From NCBI GenBank assembly GCA_046726415.1, contig JBKPAK010000192.1, positions 1 to 31,328 of the forward strand: a stretch of 31,328 bases of DNA, given 5' to 3'. Both the position numbers and the translations under genes were made by a program. Shown piece by piece: positions 1 through 12,871 of the stretch (position 1 is the first letter of the stretch; each line of letters begins with the position of its first letter). The DNA comes from Candidatus Methylomirabilota bacterium. GTDB taxonomy: Bacteria; Methylomirabilota; Methylomirabilia; Rokubacteriales; CSP1-6. The notes under the pieces were generated by a model that made no database searches, was not told the DNA's origin, and was given only the letters and a program-made list of their open reading frames with translations.

Positions 1-1
1 T

Positions 2-112
2 GTCTATGGCTGTACCGAGTTCGTCTCCCTCTTCGACCCGACGATCATCCAGCGCTCGGACCTCGCGGCTGTCCGCGGCGTCATCGACCGCTGGCTGGCG
101 CCGGCGGCCTGA
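2..112 (+). CDS. C-terminal end of an uncharacterised protein (partial at window edge), paralog of the 490-1085 protein
   Basis: Frame from base 2 reads [44 protein letters not shown] recurs exactly at 927-950. Not in the ORF track because the start lies outside the window. Confidence 0.75.
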   Translation, partial: VYGCTEFVSLFDPTIIQRSDLAAVRGVIDRWLAPAA

Positions 113-120
113 TGGTGCGG

Positions 121-161
121 GGGGCGTCACGAAGGGGAAACACCCTTGTGGCGCCCCTGTT
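121..161 (+). terminator. GC-rich hairpin, possible intrinsic terminator
   Basis: GGGGCGTCAC(G)AAGGG / CCCTTGTGGCGCCCC stem followed by TGTT, 8 bp after the stop at 112. Confidence 0.45.
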
Positions 162-204
162 CCAGAGAGCGAGCGGAGGGAGAGGGGCATGCACGGTGGA
201 GCCG

Positions 205-408
205 GGCGAGCGCGACTCGGTCTGCGAGGTGGCGTCATGAGGGCCCACCGTTGGCGACCAGACGCTCGTGGTGAGCGGGGATATCATCCTGCACGTTGAG
301 GGCATGCCGTGCGACGAAACGCACAGGGTCCGGGACGCGGTGGCGGGAGCTGAAACCGGGCGACGCCTGACCATGACCGTGTGCGTCAGGGGCACGTGCG
401 AGAGCTGA
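205..408 (+). pseudogene. Remnant of an HtrA/DegP-type (S1C) protease C-terminal PDZ domain
   Basis: Joining two frames (shift near 245) gives ARLGLRGGVMRA-TVGDQTLVVSGDIILHVEGMP..RVRDAVAGAETGRRLTMTV..*, resembling the GLRGG..GDIIxxVxG PDZ pattern. No protease domain upstream. Confidence 0.5.
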
Positions 409-489
409 CCATGGTTGTGTCCGAAGGGGTCGAGCGATGACGACGCAGCGCCGAGGCGCGTCCGGTCGCCGGCTCAGGAGGTAACGCTC

Positions 490-1085
490 ATGAAGAGGCG
501 GCTGTTCTGGCGCTCTATGATCGGCGCGCTCGCCGTCCTCTCGACGGGAGCGCATGCGGAGGAGGTCGGCAAGGGCCTCCTGGACGCCCTGTACCGGAAG
601 TTCGCTCCCTCGTGGATCGAGATCGCCCAGCCGGGTCGGCAGGGAGTCGTGACTCGTCAGGAAGGCTGATCGTCCTGGCCATCGACGGCATTCCGGCCAT
701 GCCGTTCCGGGTGATGCGCGGTGGAGCCGATTCCCCCGCCGTCCACGTCATGGACTTTGCGATTCTGGAGATGACGGCCACGGGGAGGGTCGTGGCGAAG
801 CCGGGTCCGCTGTCGCTGGACGCCGGCACCCGCCTGGTGGTCCTGGACGTCCTGGTGAAGGGCGACCGCGTGCACCTGCTGACGCACACAGCCGACCCGA
901 TCCGCGGCGCACCGGGCGCCGGACCGGTCTACGGTTGTACGGAGTTCGTGTTCCGCATCGAGCCGCAGGAGCTCAGGGCGGAGGCCTTCGGGTACCTCGC
1001 CGAGCGCATCGAGCAGGCGTTCGCGTGGACTCCGCTGGAGCGGGTGTGCACCCCGGGTGTCGGCCCGCTCTGCGTCGAGCCATGA
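490..1085 (+). CDS. Exported hypothetical protein (one frameshift near 660)
   Basis: RBS CAGGAGG before ATG 490; signal peptide [23 protein letters not shown]. Restoring one G in CAGGAAGG (~658-665) joins it to ORF 612..1085, which contains VYGCTEFV and a C-terminal C-x7-C. Confidence 0.7.
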
Positions 1086-1122
1086 TCCGGTCGGCCGGGA
1101 TCCCGGCCACAGGAGCGGGCGC

Positions 1123-4100
1123 GTGATCAACTGGCTGATCGAGGTCTCGCTCCGCAACCGTTTCCTCGTCATCGCGTTTTTCCTACTTGTCGCGGGCTGG
1201 GGCTACTGGGCGCTGTTGACGACGCCGATCGACGCCATCCCCGACCTCTCCGACAACCAGGTGATCGTCTTCACCGACTGGACGGGGCGCTCGCCTCAGG
1301 AGGTCGAGGACCAGATCACCTACCCGCTCACCGTGAGCCTGCAGGGGCTACCTGGCGTGCGCGTGGTGCGATCCGCCTCGGCCTTCGGGTTCTCTATGAT
1401 CAACGTGATCTTCGAAGACAACGTCGACCTCTACTTCGCCCGCACGCGCGTGCTCGAACGGCTGAATCTCCTTTCCAAGTCGCTCCCGGCCGGCGCGGTG
1501 CCGACCTTGGGGCCGGACGCCACGGGCGTCGGTCATGTCTTCTGGTACACGGTCGAGGGCAAGGGCTACTCACTGCGCGACCTGCGCTCGATCCAGGACT
1601 GGTACGTCCGCTACCAGCTCAATGCCGTGCCAGGCGTGGCCGAGGTCGCGAGTGTGGGAGGAGTCGTGCGCCAGTACCAGGTGGATGTGGATCCCAACCG
1701 CCTCCGCGGCTACCGGATCTCGCTCGCCGCCGTGGTGGACGCGGTGATGCAGAGCAACCGGAACGTGGGTGGCAACGTCGTGGAATCGAGCGGGACGTGG
1801 ACTGTCATCCGCGGGCTCGGGCTGGTCCAGGACGTTCGCGACATCGAGCAGATCGTGGTGGCCGCCGAGAACGGGATCCCCATCTTCGTGCGCCAGGTGG
1901 CGACGGTGAAGATCGGCGATGCCTTCCGGGCCGCGGCGCTCGTCAAGGGGGCTGACGAGGCGGTCGGCGGCGTGGTGGTGGCCCGGTACGGCGTCAGCAC
2001 CGTGGACGTCATCGAGCGGGTGAAGGAAAAGATCAAGGCCCTCGAACTCGGTCTTCCGCCTGGTGTGAGGATCGTCCCGTTCTATGACCGCTCGGCCCTC
2101 ATCGAGCGCGCCGTGAATACCCTCAAGCGCGCGCTGCTCGAGGAGGCCGCCGTTGTCACGCTCGTGAACATCATCTTCCTCCTGCATTTCCGTTCGGTCC
2201 TGATCGTGACGATCCCTCTCCCGCTCGCCGTCCTCACCGCCTTCCTCTTCATGCGCTATCTGGGGATCAGCTCAAACATCATGTCGCTGGCGGGCATCGC
2301 TATCGCCGTCGGCGTGCTGGTCGACGCGGGCATCGTCGTCACGGAGAACGCCTTCCGCTTCATCGAGAGGCGGGGCGTCAATCCAAGGAACCGGCGACGC
2401 GTGGCGGAGACGGTGCTGGAGGCCACCCGCCTCGTGGGGCGGCCGATCTTCTTCTCGCTGGCCATCATCATCCTGGCCTTCCTGCCCGTATTCGCGCTCA
2501 CCGGCCAAGGGGGCAAGCTGTTCCACCCCCTCGCCTTCACCAAGACCTTCGCGATGATCGGCGCCACTGTGCTCTCCGTGACCCTGGTCCCGGTGCTCTG
2601 CAGTCTGCTCATCGGTGGGAAGATCCGCGGCGAGGAGTCCAACCCCGTGATGCGGCCGCTGGTGTGGCTCTACCGGCCGGTGCTCGACTTCGCACTCCGG
2701 CATCGCGTGATGACGCTCGGGCTCGCCGTGCTGGTCGTCGCGGGCGCGCTGGTGTTAGTGCCGCGGATCGGCAAGGAGTTCATGCCGCCGCTGAACGAGG
2801 GCGACCTGATGTTCATGCCGGTCACCGACCCGTCGATCTCCCTGGCGCAGAGCGTCGACATCGCGAAGATGCAGAACGAGGCGATCCAGGAGGTGCCCGA
2901 AGTGGCGTCGGTGGTGGCCAAGATCGCTCGGGCCGACACCTCGACCGACCCGGCGCCGGTGAACATGACGGAGACGGTCGTGAATCTCAAACCGGAGTCC
3001 CAGTGGCGGCCGGGAATGACGCGCGAAAAGCTCATCGGCGAGCTGGACCAGGCGACGGCGCTCCCGGGCGTGGCCAACATCTGGACCCAGCCCATCATCA
3101 ACCGGATCAACATGCTGACCACGGGGATCCGCTCAGAGGTCGGCGTGAAGGTCTTCGGGAGCGACCTGAAGGTCCTGGAGGAGCGGGCGCGGACCATCGC
3201 CGAGGTGCTGAAGACAATCCCGGGGGCGGCGGACGTCTACCCGGAACAGGTGACGGGGGCCCCGTACCTCGACATCCGGATCAAGCGGGAGGCGGCAGCG
3301 CGCTACGGCATCGGCGTCGGCGTGATCCAGGACGTGATCGAAACGGCGGTGGGGGAGACGAACCTCACGCTGACGATCGAGGGGCGGCAACGGTTCCCGG
3401 TGCGCGTGCGCTACGCCCCCGAGTACCGCGGAAGCTCGCAGGCGCTGGGTGACCTGCCCGTGCCCGCACCCAACGGTGCGCAAATTCCCCTCGCGCAGGT
3501 CGCCGAGATCCGGCAGGTGCCGGGCCCCGCCATGATCTCCAGCGAGAACGGGCTCCTGGTCGTGACTGTGCTTCTGAACGTGCGCGGGCGCGACGTGGGC
3601 AGCTTCGTCGAGGAGGCACGGGCGGCCACCGCGGCCAAGGTGCCGCTGCCGGCGGGATCGTACGTGGAGTGGAGCGGGCAGTACGAGAACGAGCGGCGGG
3701 CCCGCCAGCGCCTGCAGATCGTGATCCCCGTCGTCCTAGCCGTGATCTTCGTGCTCCTTTACCTAACGTATAGCTCGTTCCTCGACGCGCTGCAGGTGCT
3801 GCTGGCGGTCCCGTTCGGCCTGGCCGGCGGGATCTATCTGCTGTACCTCGTCGGCTACAACTTCTCGGTTGCCGTCTGGGTGGGTTTCATCGCGCTCTTC
3901 GGCACTGCCGTCCAGACGGCCGTGGTGATGGTGATCTACCTGGAGGAGGCGGTGCTGCGGAAGCGCGAGGAGCTGGACGGCCGCCTCACGCGCGAGGCCC
4001 TCCTCGAGGCAGTGAAGGAGGGCGCGCTGCTCCGGCTCCGCCCCAAGGTCATGACCGTCTCCACGGTGGTGCTGAGCCTGCTTCCCATCATGTGGAGCAC

Positions 4101-4299
4101 GTCCACGGGCGCCGAGGTGATGAAACCGCTCGCCACGCCCGTGCTAGGCGGCATGGTCAGCTCGCTCGGTCTCGTGCTGATCGTGACGCCCGTCATCTTC
4201 TTCTGGCTGCGAGAGCGTGACCTGCGACGCGCCGAGGCCGAGGCGCGAGCGGCCGCGCACTCACCGGCGGCGCCGCCGGTCGCGGGCACGGCGGATTGA
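1123..4299 (+). CDS. cusA: CusA/CzcA-family heavy-metal efflux RND permease (Cu+/Ag+ type)
   Basis: AGGAG RBS at 1111-1115 and GTG at 1123. Motifs [33 protein letters not shown]. Met triad equivalents in [18 protein letters not shown] and NRINMLTTG. Confidence 0.95.
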   Translation: MINWLIEVSLRNRFLVIAFFLLVAGWGYWALLTTPIDAIPDLSDNQVIVFTDWTGRSPQEVEDQITYPLTVSLQGLPGVRVVRSASAFGFSMINVIFEDNVDLYFARTRVLERLNLLSKSLPAGAVPTLGPDATGVGHVFWYTVEGKGYSLRDLRSIQDWYVRYQLNAVPGVAEVASVGGVVRQYQVDVDPNRLRGYRISLAAVVDAVMQSNRNVGGNVVESSGTWTVIRGLGLVQDVRDIEQIVVAAENGIPIFVRQVATVKIGDAFRAAALVKGADEAVGGVVVARYGVSTVDVIERVKEKIKALELGLPPGVRIVPFYDRSALIERAVNTLKRALLEEAAVVTLVNIIFLLHFRSVLIVTIPLPLAVLTAFLFMRYLGISSNIMSLAGIAIAVGVLVDAGIVVTENAFRFIERRGVNPRNRRRVAETVLEATRLVGRPIFFSLAIIILAFLPVFALTGQGGKLFHPLAFTKTFAMIGATVLSVTLVPVLCSLLIGGKIRGEESNPVMRPLVWLYRPVLDFALRHRVMTLGLAVLVVAGALVLVPRIGKEFMPPLNEGDLMFMPVTDPSISLAQSVDIAKMQNEAIQEVPEVASVVAKIARADTSTDPAPVNMTETVVNLKPESQWRPGMTREKLIGELDQATALPGVANIWTQPIINRINMLTTGIRSEVGVKVFGSDLKVLEERARTIAEVLKTIPGAADVYPEQVTGAPYLDIRIKREAAARYGIGVGVIQDVIETAVGETNLTLTIEGRQRFPVRVRYAPEYRGSSQALGDLPVPAPNGAQIPLAQVAEIRQVPGPAMISSENGLLVVTVLLNVRGRDVGSFVEEARAATAAKVPLPAGSYVEWSGQYENERRARQRLQIVIPVVLAVIFVLLYLTYSSFLDALQVLLAVPFGLAGGIYLLYLVGYNFSVAVWVGFIALFGTAVQTAVVMVIYLEEAVLRKREELDGRLTREALLEAVKEGALLRLRPKVMTVSTVVLSLLPIMWSTSTGAEVMKPLATPVLGGMVSSLGLVLIVTPVIFFWLRERDLRRAEAEARAAAHSPAAPPVAGTAD

Positions 4300-4333
4300 C
4301 TGACAACTCCAATCCCGACGCAGGAGGACTCGA

Positions 4334-4750
4334 ATGAACCGACGGACTGCGGTGGTTGCACTGAGCGGGCTGTTACTGTCGAACGCGCTGATGACGGCGG
4401 CGTGGGCCGCCGACCTGAAGGTGATCCAGACCCAGAAGAGCAAGGATGTCGTGGTCGCGTTGCTGAGCGAGTCCGGACAGTGGACGCAGGGCAAGAACAG
4501 CTTCGTCCTCGAGATCAAGTCGACGGCCACCAACCAGCCGGTCGACGCCGGCAAGGTGAGCCTGAGCACGAGCATGGCGATGCCGGGCATGGCGCCGATG
4601 ATCGCAGGCGCGAAGCTGTCGGCCGACAAGACCCCGGGTCGGTACCTGGGCGAGATCAGCTTCCCGGATAGTGGAGCGCGCCAGGTCACGGTGACCTGGG
4701 ATGGGCCGGCGGGGAAAGGCTCGACGAAGTTTTCAGTCTCCGTTCGCTGA
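4334..4750 (+). CDS. Periplasmic YtkA/FixH-like Ig-fold protein with Met-rich motif
   Basis: AGGAGG RBS; signal peptide ending AWA; SMAMPGMAPM motif; GRYxGxISFPDSG beta-strand pattern typical of YtkA-like proteins. Confidence 0.75.
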   Translation: MNRRTAVVALSGLLLSNALMTAAWAADLKVIQTQKSKDVVVALLSESGQWTQGKNSFVLEIKSTATNQPVDAGKVSLSTSMAMPGMAPMIAGAKLSADKTPGRYLGEISFPDSGARQVTVTWDGPAGKGSTKFSVSVR

Positions 4751-4755
4751 CCGCC

Positions 4756-6060
4756 ATGCGCTGGCTCGGGCCTGTTCTCGGCGTCATCGCAGGCCTCGTC
4801 GTCGCCGCGCCACTTCGGATTTTTGCACAGGAGACGGGCGCCGGCGTCATGACGGTGGACGAAGTCGTTGCGCGTGCCCTCGCCGACAACCCCGACCTCC
4901 GAGCGGTCCGGGCGGAGGTGGATGCCGCCGTGGGCCGCGTGAAGCAGGCGGGGCTGCGTCCGAACCCGATGCTGGAGCTTGGAGGGCAGAAAGCCATCAG
5001 TCCCGACAACAACCTCAACATCGGGGTCACCCTGCCCCTGGATCTGAACGGACGCGTGGACGGTCGGGTGGGTGTGGCGCAGCGCGAGCTGGAGATGAAG
5101 CGGGCCCAGGTCGCCGAGCGCGAGCGCCGGCTGGCCGCTGACGTCCGCCTCAAGGCCGGCGAGCTGCTCGCCGGCCGCCGCAACGTGGAGGTGACCGAGG
5201 AGCTCCTGCGGATCAATCGGGACGCGCTGCGCCTGGTGGGCGATCGCGTGCGCGAAGGGGCGGCGCCGCCCCTGGAGGAAAACCTTCTCCTCGTCGAGGT
5301 GAACCGCCTGGACGCGAGCCGCCAGATGCTGGAGAGCCGCGTGACGGTGACGGCCCTCCAGCTCAAGGCGCTGGCGGGCATGGAACCCGACGCGCCACTC
5401 GCGCTGCGCGGCGAACTGGCCGGGGTCTCTCCAGCGGTCAGTCGTGCGGAGGCAGTGGCGCAGGCGTTGGCGGGACGTCCCGACCTCGAGGTGGCCCGCG
5501 CCGACGCCGCCATGGCGCGCGCGAAGATCCGCAAGGAGGAGGCCGAGGGACGCTGGGACGCCAGCGTGAGCGTCGGCTACCAGCGCCAGGACTTCGGGTT
5601 CAGTGGCCTGCGCGGCGTCGCGTCGAACGGGTCGCTGCAGCAGATCCAGGATGTCTTCCACTACTTTGGGGCGGGCGTGAGCATCACCCTCCCGGTGCGC
5701 AACCGGAATCAGGGCAACGTGGCGGCGGCCGTCGCGGAGACGCGGGCGGCCGACCGGAGGCAGGAGTTCATGGTGCTGGTGATCCGCCAGGAAGTCGAAG
5801 CGGCCTTCACGCAGCTCGACGCCGCCCAGCGCGCGCTCAGCCTCTACGAGCGCGGCGTGCGGGACGTCGCCCAGCGGAACCTCGAGGTCGTCCGCCGCAC
5901 GTGGGAGCTGGGGCGCGGCAACCTGCTGGACGTGATCACCGAGCAGCGCCGCCTGATCGAGATTGAGAACGGCTACACGGATGCCCTCAAGCAGGTCTTC
6001 GACGCCACCGTCGAGATCGATCGGGCCGTAGGCCTGACCACGACCGCGCCGCGGGGGTGA
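4756..6060 (+). CDS. TolC-family outer-membrane efflux protein (CusC/CzcC-like)
   Basis: Signal peptide; ALADNPDL, LRPNP, RPDL, SITLPVRNRNQG and ELGRGNLLDV outer-membrane efflux repeat motifs; lies in the RND operon. Confidence 0.9.
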   Translation: MRWLGPVLGVIAGLVVAAPLRIFAQETGAGVMTVDEVVARALADNPDLRAVRAEVDAAVGRVKQAGLRPNPMLELGGQKAISPDNNLNIGVTLPLDLNGRVDGRVGVAQRELEMKRAQVAERERRLAADVRLKAGELLAGRRNVEVTEELLRINRDALRLVGDRVREGAAPPLEENLLLVEVNRLDASRQMLESRVTVTALQLKALAGMEPDAPLALRGELAGVSPAVSRAEAVAQALAGRPDLEVARADAAMARAKIRKEEAEGRWDASVSVGYQRQDFGFSGLRGVASNGSLQQIQDVFHYFGAGVSITLPVRNRNQGNVAAAVAETRAADRRQEFMVLVIRQEVEAAFTQLDAAQRALSLYERGVRDVAQRNLEVVRRTWELGRGNLLDVITEQRRLIEIENGYTDALKQVFDATVEIDRAVGLTTTAPRG

Positions 6061-6062
6061 TC

Positions 6063-7364
6063 ATGGAGGGACGGGTGAACGACCTCGAACCTCGCTCACG
6101 GTGGCGGCGCCGGCTCGGTCAGGTCGCGCTGGCTCTGGCGCTGCTGGCGGCCGGCGTGGCCGCAGGCGTCCTGTGGAGCGAGCGACGCGCTGCCGCCACC
6201 CGCACCGCGACGTCCGCCAGCGCGCCTTCTGGCGCTGCCACCGCCCCGGCACCGCCCGTCGCCGCTCCGGCGAACCCGACCACCTCAGCGGGAACGAACA
6301 CGGAGCCGGTCGAGGTCTCACTGACGCCTGACGCGATCGCGCGCGTCGGCCTCAAGACCGCGGTCGTGCGACAGGCTCCGGGAGGGGAGAGCCTCGCCGT
6401 TCCGGCGACGGTCATGCCCAATGCCTATCGCGACACCAAGGTCAACGCGCTCGTCGGAGGCATCGTCCGCGCGGTGTCCGCGGAACTGGGCTGGCTCGTG
6501 GTGCCGGGGCAGACGCTTGCCGTGATCTCGAGCCAGGAGCTGGCCGAAGCCCAGATGAAATACCTCTCCATGCAGGCCATGCTGGAGGCCGACCACCAGA
6601 AGCTCCGGCGCACGGAGAAGCTCGTCGACCTCGGCTCCGCGAGCCGACAAGAGCTGGAAGAGACCACCGCCGTCCACGCCGCGCATGCCACGGAGGTTGC
6701 CGCCGCCCGTGAACGGCTCGCGATCCTCGGCCTCTCCCGGCCGCAGATCGAACGACTCACGGATGCCTCCCAGATCGTCTCGGATGTCGTGGTGGCCGCT
6801 CCTGCTGAAGGCGTGGTGACCAGCCGCGCCGTCAACCCCGGCCAGGTGATCCCGGCAGGTCAGGAGCTGTTCGTGGTGGCCGACCTGAGCGCGGTGTGGG
6901 CGGTGGGCGAGGTTTACGAGCGAGACATGGCGCACGTGCGAGAGGGCGCGGAAGCTGAGATCTTGGCGTCGCCGTTGCCCGGCGCCGTCCTGCGTGGCCG
7001 TATCTCCTACATCGATCCGCGGGTCGATCCGGTAGCGCGCACGGTGAAGGTGCGCGTGGAGATCGGTAATCCGCGGAAGGAGCTCCGGTTCGGGATGTAC
7101 GTCACCATGCGCCTCTCCGTCGCAGGGGCAGGGCCAGTCGCGCTCGTGCCGCGAAGCGCGGTGCAGCCCCTGGGAGAGGTCTCGGTCGTGTACCTGCCCG
7201 TCGCCGAGGGCGAAGGACGGTTCGTGGAGCGCCCGGTGACGCTCGGCGGCGTTGTGGGAGACGCCGTCCAGGTCCTGAAGGGCCTGAAGCCGGGCGACCA
7301 CGTGGTGACGGACGGGAGCTTCTTTCTTCGCGCAGAGGCGGCCCGGGCGCGGTCGGGCGGGTAA
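6063..7364 (+). CDS. RND membrane-fusion (periplasmic adaptor) protein, CusB/CzcB-like
   Basis: N-terminal TM anchor, ADLSAVWAVGEVYE, GRISYIDPRVDPVARTVKVR, GLKPGDHVVTDGSF. Start is ATG 6063 or GTG 6057 overlapping the upstream stop. Confidence 0.9.
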   Translation: MEGRVNDLEPRSRWRRRLGQVALALALLAAGVAAGVLWSERRAAATRTATSASAPSGAATAPAPPVAAPANPTTSAGTNTEPVEVSLTPDAIARVGLKTAVVRQAPGGESLAVPATVMPNAYRDTKVNALVGGIVRAVSAELGWLVVPGQTLAVISSQELAEAQMKYLSMQAMLEADHQKLRRTEKLVDLGSASRQELEETTAVHAAHATEVAAARERLAILGLSRPQIERLTDASQIVSDVVVAAPAEGVVTSRAVNPGQVIPAGQELFVVADLSAVWAVGEVYERDMAHVREGAEAEILASPLPGAVLRGRISYIDPRVDPVARTVKVRVEIGNPRKELRFGMYVTMRLSVAGAGPVALVPRSAVQPLGEVSVVYLPVAEGEGRFVERPVTLGGVVGDAVQVLKGLKPGDHVVTDGSFFLRAEAARARSGG

Positions 7365-7369
7365 GCGCG

Positions 7370-7826
7370 GTGCCGACGGCACGCCTCGTCGGCAGACTCC
7401 TGGCCATCAGCCTGCCGCTCTACTTCGCGTGGGAGATGCTGCAGATGCCGGCCTTCACCGGCACTCCGGCGGGATGGCTGGTGAACACGCTCATGTCCGT
7501 CCTCGCCACTCTCCTCGATGCAGCCTTGGTGCTGGGTCTCTACGGCATCGGGTGGGTCTTTCGCGATTCGCTCTGGTTCCGGCCACCACGGTCGCTACCT
7601 GCTTGTCGTTCTCTTGGCCATCGCGGTGTGAACTCGGTCTGGGAGTGGGTCACCGTCGATGGGTCTCTGTGGCTACAGTGCGTGGCATCCCACCGGGGTG
7701 GGTGTCGGATTGGCGGCCATCCTCCAGGCGGTTGTCATGCCGCCCGCGGTGCTTCTGCTCCTCGCCCGATGGGAAGTGTGCGCGGGGCTCCCTAAATCCG
7801 TCACCTCGCCGCGCCAGCCCGGCTGA
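7370..7826 (+). pseudogene. Small membrane protein, multiply frameshifted
   Basis: Frame 1 LYFAWEMLQMPAF..LLDAALV. Later pieces RYLLVVLLAIAV, VWEWV and GYSAWHPTGVGVGLAAILQAVVMPPAVLLLLARW..* lie in different frames. Confidence 0.6.
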
Positions 7827-7874
7827 GGGAGACTGGCGGCTAACCTGTAAGCCGCGTTCGACAGGAGGTCGAGG

Positions 7875-10356
<2,482 letters not shown>

Positions 10357-10500
10357 CTACTCCAGCTCGCCCGTATGCCGCCCGATGCGATGAGGCTGAC
10401 GCTAACGAAGAAGCACGATGCGCCGCGGTCTTTCTGGGTGAAAGAAACCGGCAGTGGAACCGTCAGAGTAGTGCAACAAGCTGATTCGATGGAGATGCGC

Positions 10501-10617
10501 TGGCCCTTCCCAAGGGTGAAACATGGGTTCGAATCCCTGGCGTTACGCTGCCCTGCGGTAGACGACCCCGCGGACAGGCACCGCTGCAAAGGGTATCGAA
10601 TCCCGTTGGGGCCACCA
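10501..10617 (+). other. Split 3' fragment of a tRNA (most like tRNA-Glu); att-site remnant
   Basis: Degenerate anticodon arm + AAAC + GGGTTCGAATCCC (10501-10537), then a 58-bp insert, then TCGAATCCCGTTGGGGCCACCA (10596-10617). No D-arm or 5' acceptor strand upstream. Confidence 0.7.
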
Positions 10618-10695
10618 CTTGAATTTCGTTAGCGTTTTTCGCTCCGGGTTTGAAGAACATTCGAGAGTTCCTCAAATATGGAACGGGTTCTCACC

Positions 10696-11206
10696 TCACG
10701 CCCCGAGCATCCGCGCGGCCTTCTCCTCGTAAAACCTCACGGCGTGCTTGAGCTGCGACGGCCGGATGCTGGTCTAGATCTGGGTCGTGTCGATGCGGGC
10801 GTGGCCGAGGAGCGCGCGCACCTGCTCGAGGTCGTGCTGCTGCTCGAGCACCTCCATCGCCGCACCGTGCCGGAGATCGTGGGGCTTGAGCTCCGGAACT
10901 CCGATCATACGGCCGTATACCTTGCACAACCGCCACACGTTCTTCCCCGTCATCGGCCCGCGCACCTTGCCGAGCATGCGCTTGCCCCACGTCGACCAGA
11001 ACAGCGGCGTCTCGCCGTCGAGCCGGTCGACCTCCTTCGCGAGCACCTGCTCGATGTAGAGCTGCAGGAACTGCATCACCGCGCGAGGCAGGGGAATGTC
11101 CCGCGTCCTGCCCCCTTTCACAACCACTCCGCGAAGACCCCCACTCCATGTCGAGGTGTCTCAGCCGCAGAGTCGCGACGGACTCGCGGCGCATGCCGGT
11201 AAAGCG
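10696..11206 (-). pseudogene. Tyrosine recombinase/integrase catalytic-domain remnant
   Basis: RFTGMRRES, VKGG, KPHDLRH, LLGHARIDTTQI then TAG (10774-10776) where the catalytic Tyr belongs; the frame continues to TGA at 10696. Frameshift near 11138; N-terminal domain absent. Confidence 0.9.
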
Positions 11207-11379
11207 CGTGGGTCTTGGCGATGACCACGGTGTACCCGCGGTAGAACTGGTCGTGGCCCAGGATGGCCCATCGAGGCGGGGAGCTCGCGGACCTTCCGGT
11301 AGAGGCCCCCCCGAGGGGCTGCGGTACACCTCGGCCTTCTCAGCTCCCGGACCACCGCGCAGAAGACGCATTCGCTCAC
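11205..11379 (-). pseudogene. N-terminal half of a HIT-family protein
   Basis: G-rich RBS and GTG 11379. MSECVFC..LYRKVRELPAS then (frameshift) AILGHDQFYRGYTVVIAKTHA. Truncated before the HxHxH motif by the recombinase fragment. Confidence 0.7.
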
Positions 11380-11419
11380 GCTGTGGGTCCCCCCTCTGGG
11401 TCGTGTCTCGGTTTGACGT

Positions 11420-11683
11420 TCAGACGATAAAGTGGATCGCGGGCGCACCTAGCACGCCGGCCTTCTGCATCACCGTCTTCACGTCTTCACCCGCCGACCA
11501 CGCGCGCGCTTTCGCCACGTCGGCGACGTCGAGGAGGATCACGAGATCATTCGGGTCATCCGCCTTGCGGTAGACGCGGCCGTTCGTGATCCCGGCTCCG
11601 GCTCGACTCGACTCGTGAGCGTCATAGGCTGGGCCCCATGCTGCATAGTCGCGGACCTTGTGCTGGATGACCATCGAAGGCAT
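11420..11683 (-). CDS. Small dimeric alpha/beta-barrel ('cyclase'-annotated) family protein
   Basis: GGAGGGAGG RBS; HKVRDYAAW..YD..R...VYRKADDPND...MQKAGV pattern; 87 aa. Confidence 0.75.
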   Translation of the reverse strand: MPSMVIQHKVRDYAAWGPAYDAHESSRAGAGITNGRVYRKADDPNDLVILLDVADVAKARAWSAGEDVKTVMQKAGVLGAPAIHFIV

Positions 11684-11856
11684 CGCTTCCTCCCTCCATC
11701 GTTAGAGATGGCCGATACGCAGCGTGCCAGGAGCGGCTTCGGGTACTCCGCGCACAGGGGGTCAGTGGCCGGAGTATGCCACGGCGGGGCGCCTTCCGGT
11801 CACCGGCCGGGCGGGGTCTGGATTTCAAACACCGACACTCCCGAACCCGGGTCTTC

Positions 11857-11886
11857 TTGACGGCGCTTTGGTCGCCGGGCTAGCAT
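11857..11886 (+). promoter_or_regulatory. Candidate sigma70 promoter for the cyclase-AAA gene
   Basis: TTGACG-18 nt-TAGCAT, about 64 bp upstream of ATG 11950. Confidence 0.4.
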
Positions 11887-11949
11887 CAAAAGCGACGATT
11901 CTGCCTCTATTTCCCTGGACGAGCCCGTACGTGAGTTGAGGGGAGAGAC

Positions 11950-12870
<921 letters not shown>

Positions 12871-12871
12871 T

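Noticed and set aside
10501-10617. Functional tRNA-Gly(CCC) or an intron-containing tRNA
   Set aside because: No 5' acceptor strand or D-arm. The acceptor 3' strand and discriminator A fit Glu rather than Gly, and the insert is flanked by a duplication rather than splice motifs.
10774-10776. TAG as recoded pyrrolysine or programmed readthrough
   Set aside because: The gene is also frameshifted and truncated, no pyl genes are in the window, and other genes use TAG as a normal stop.
11870-11886. Sigma54 promoter upstream of the cyclase-AAA gene
   Set aside because: GG and GC are 11 nt apart rather than 10, and the -24 element is poor.
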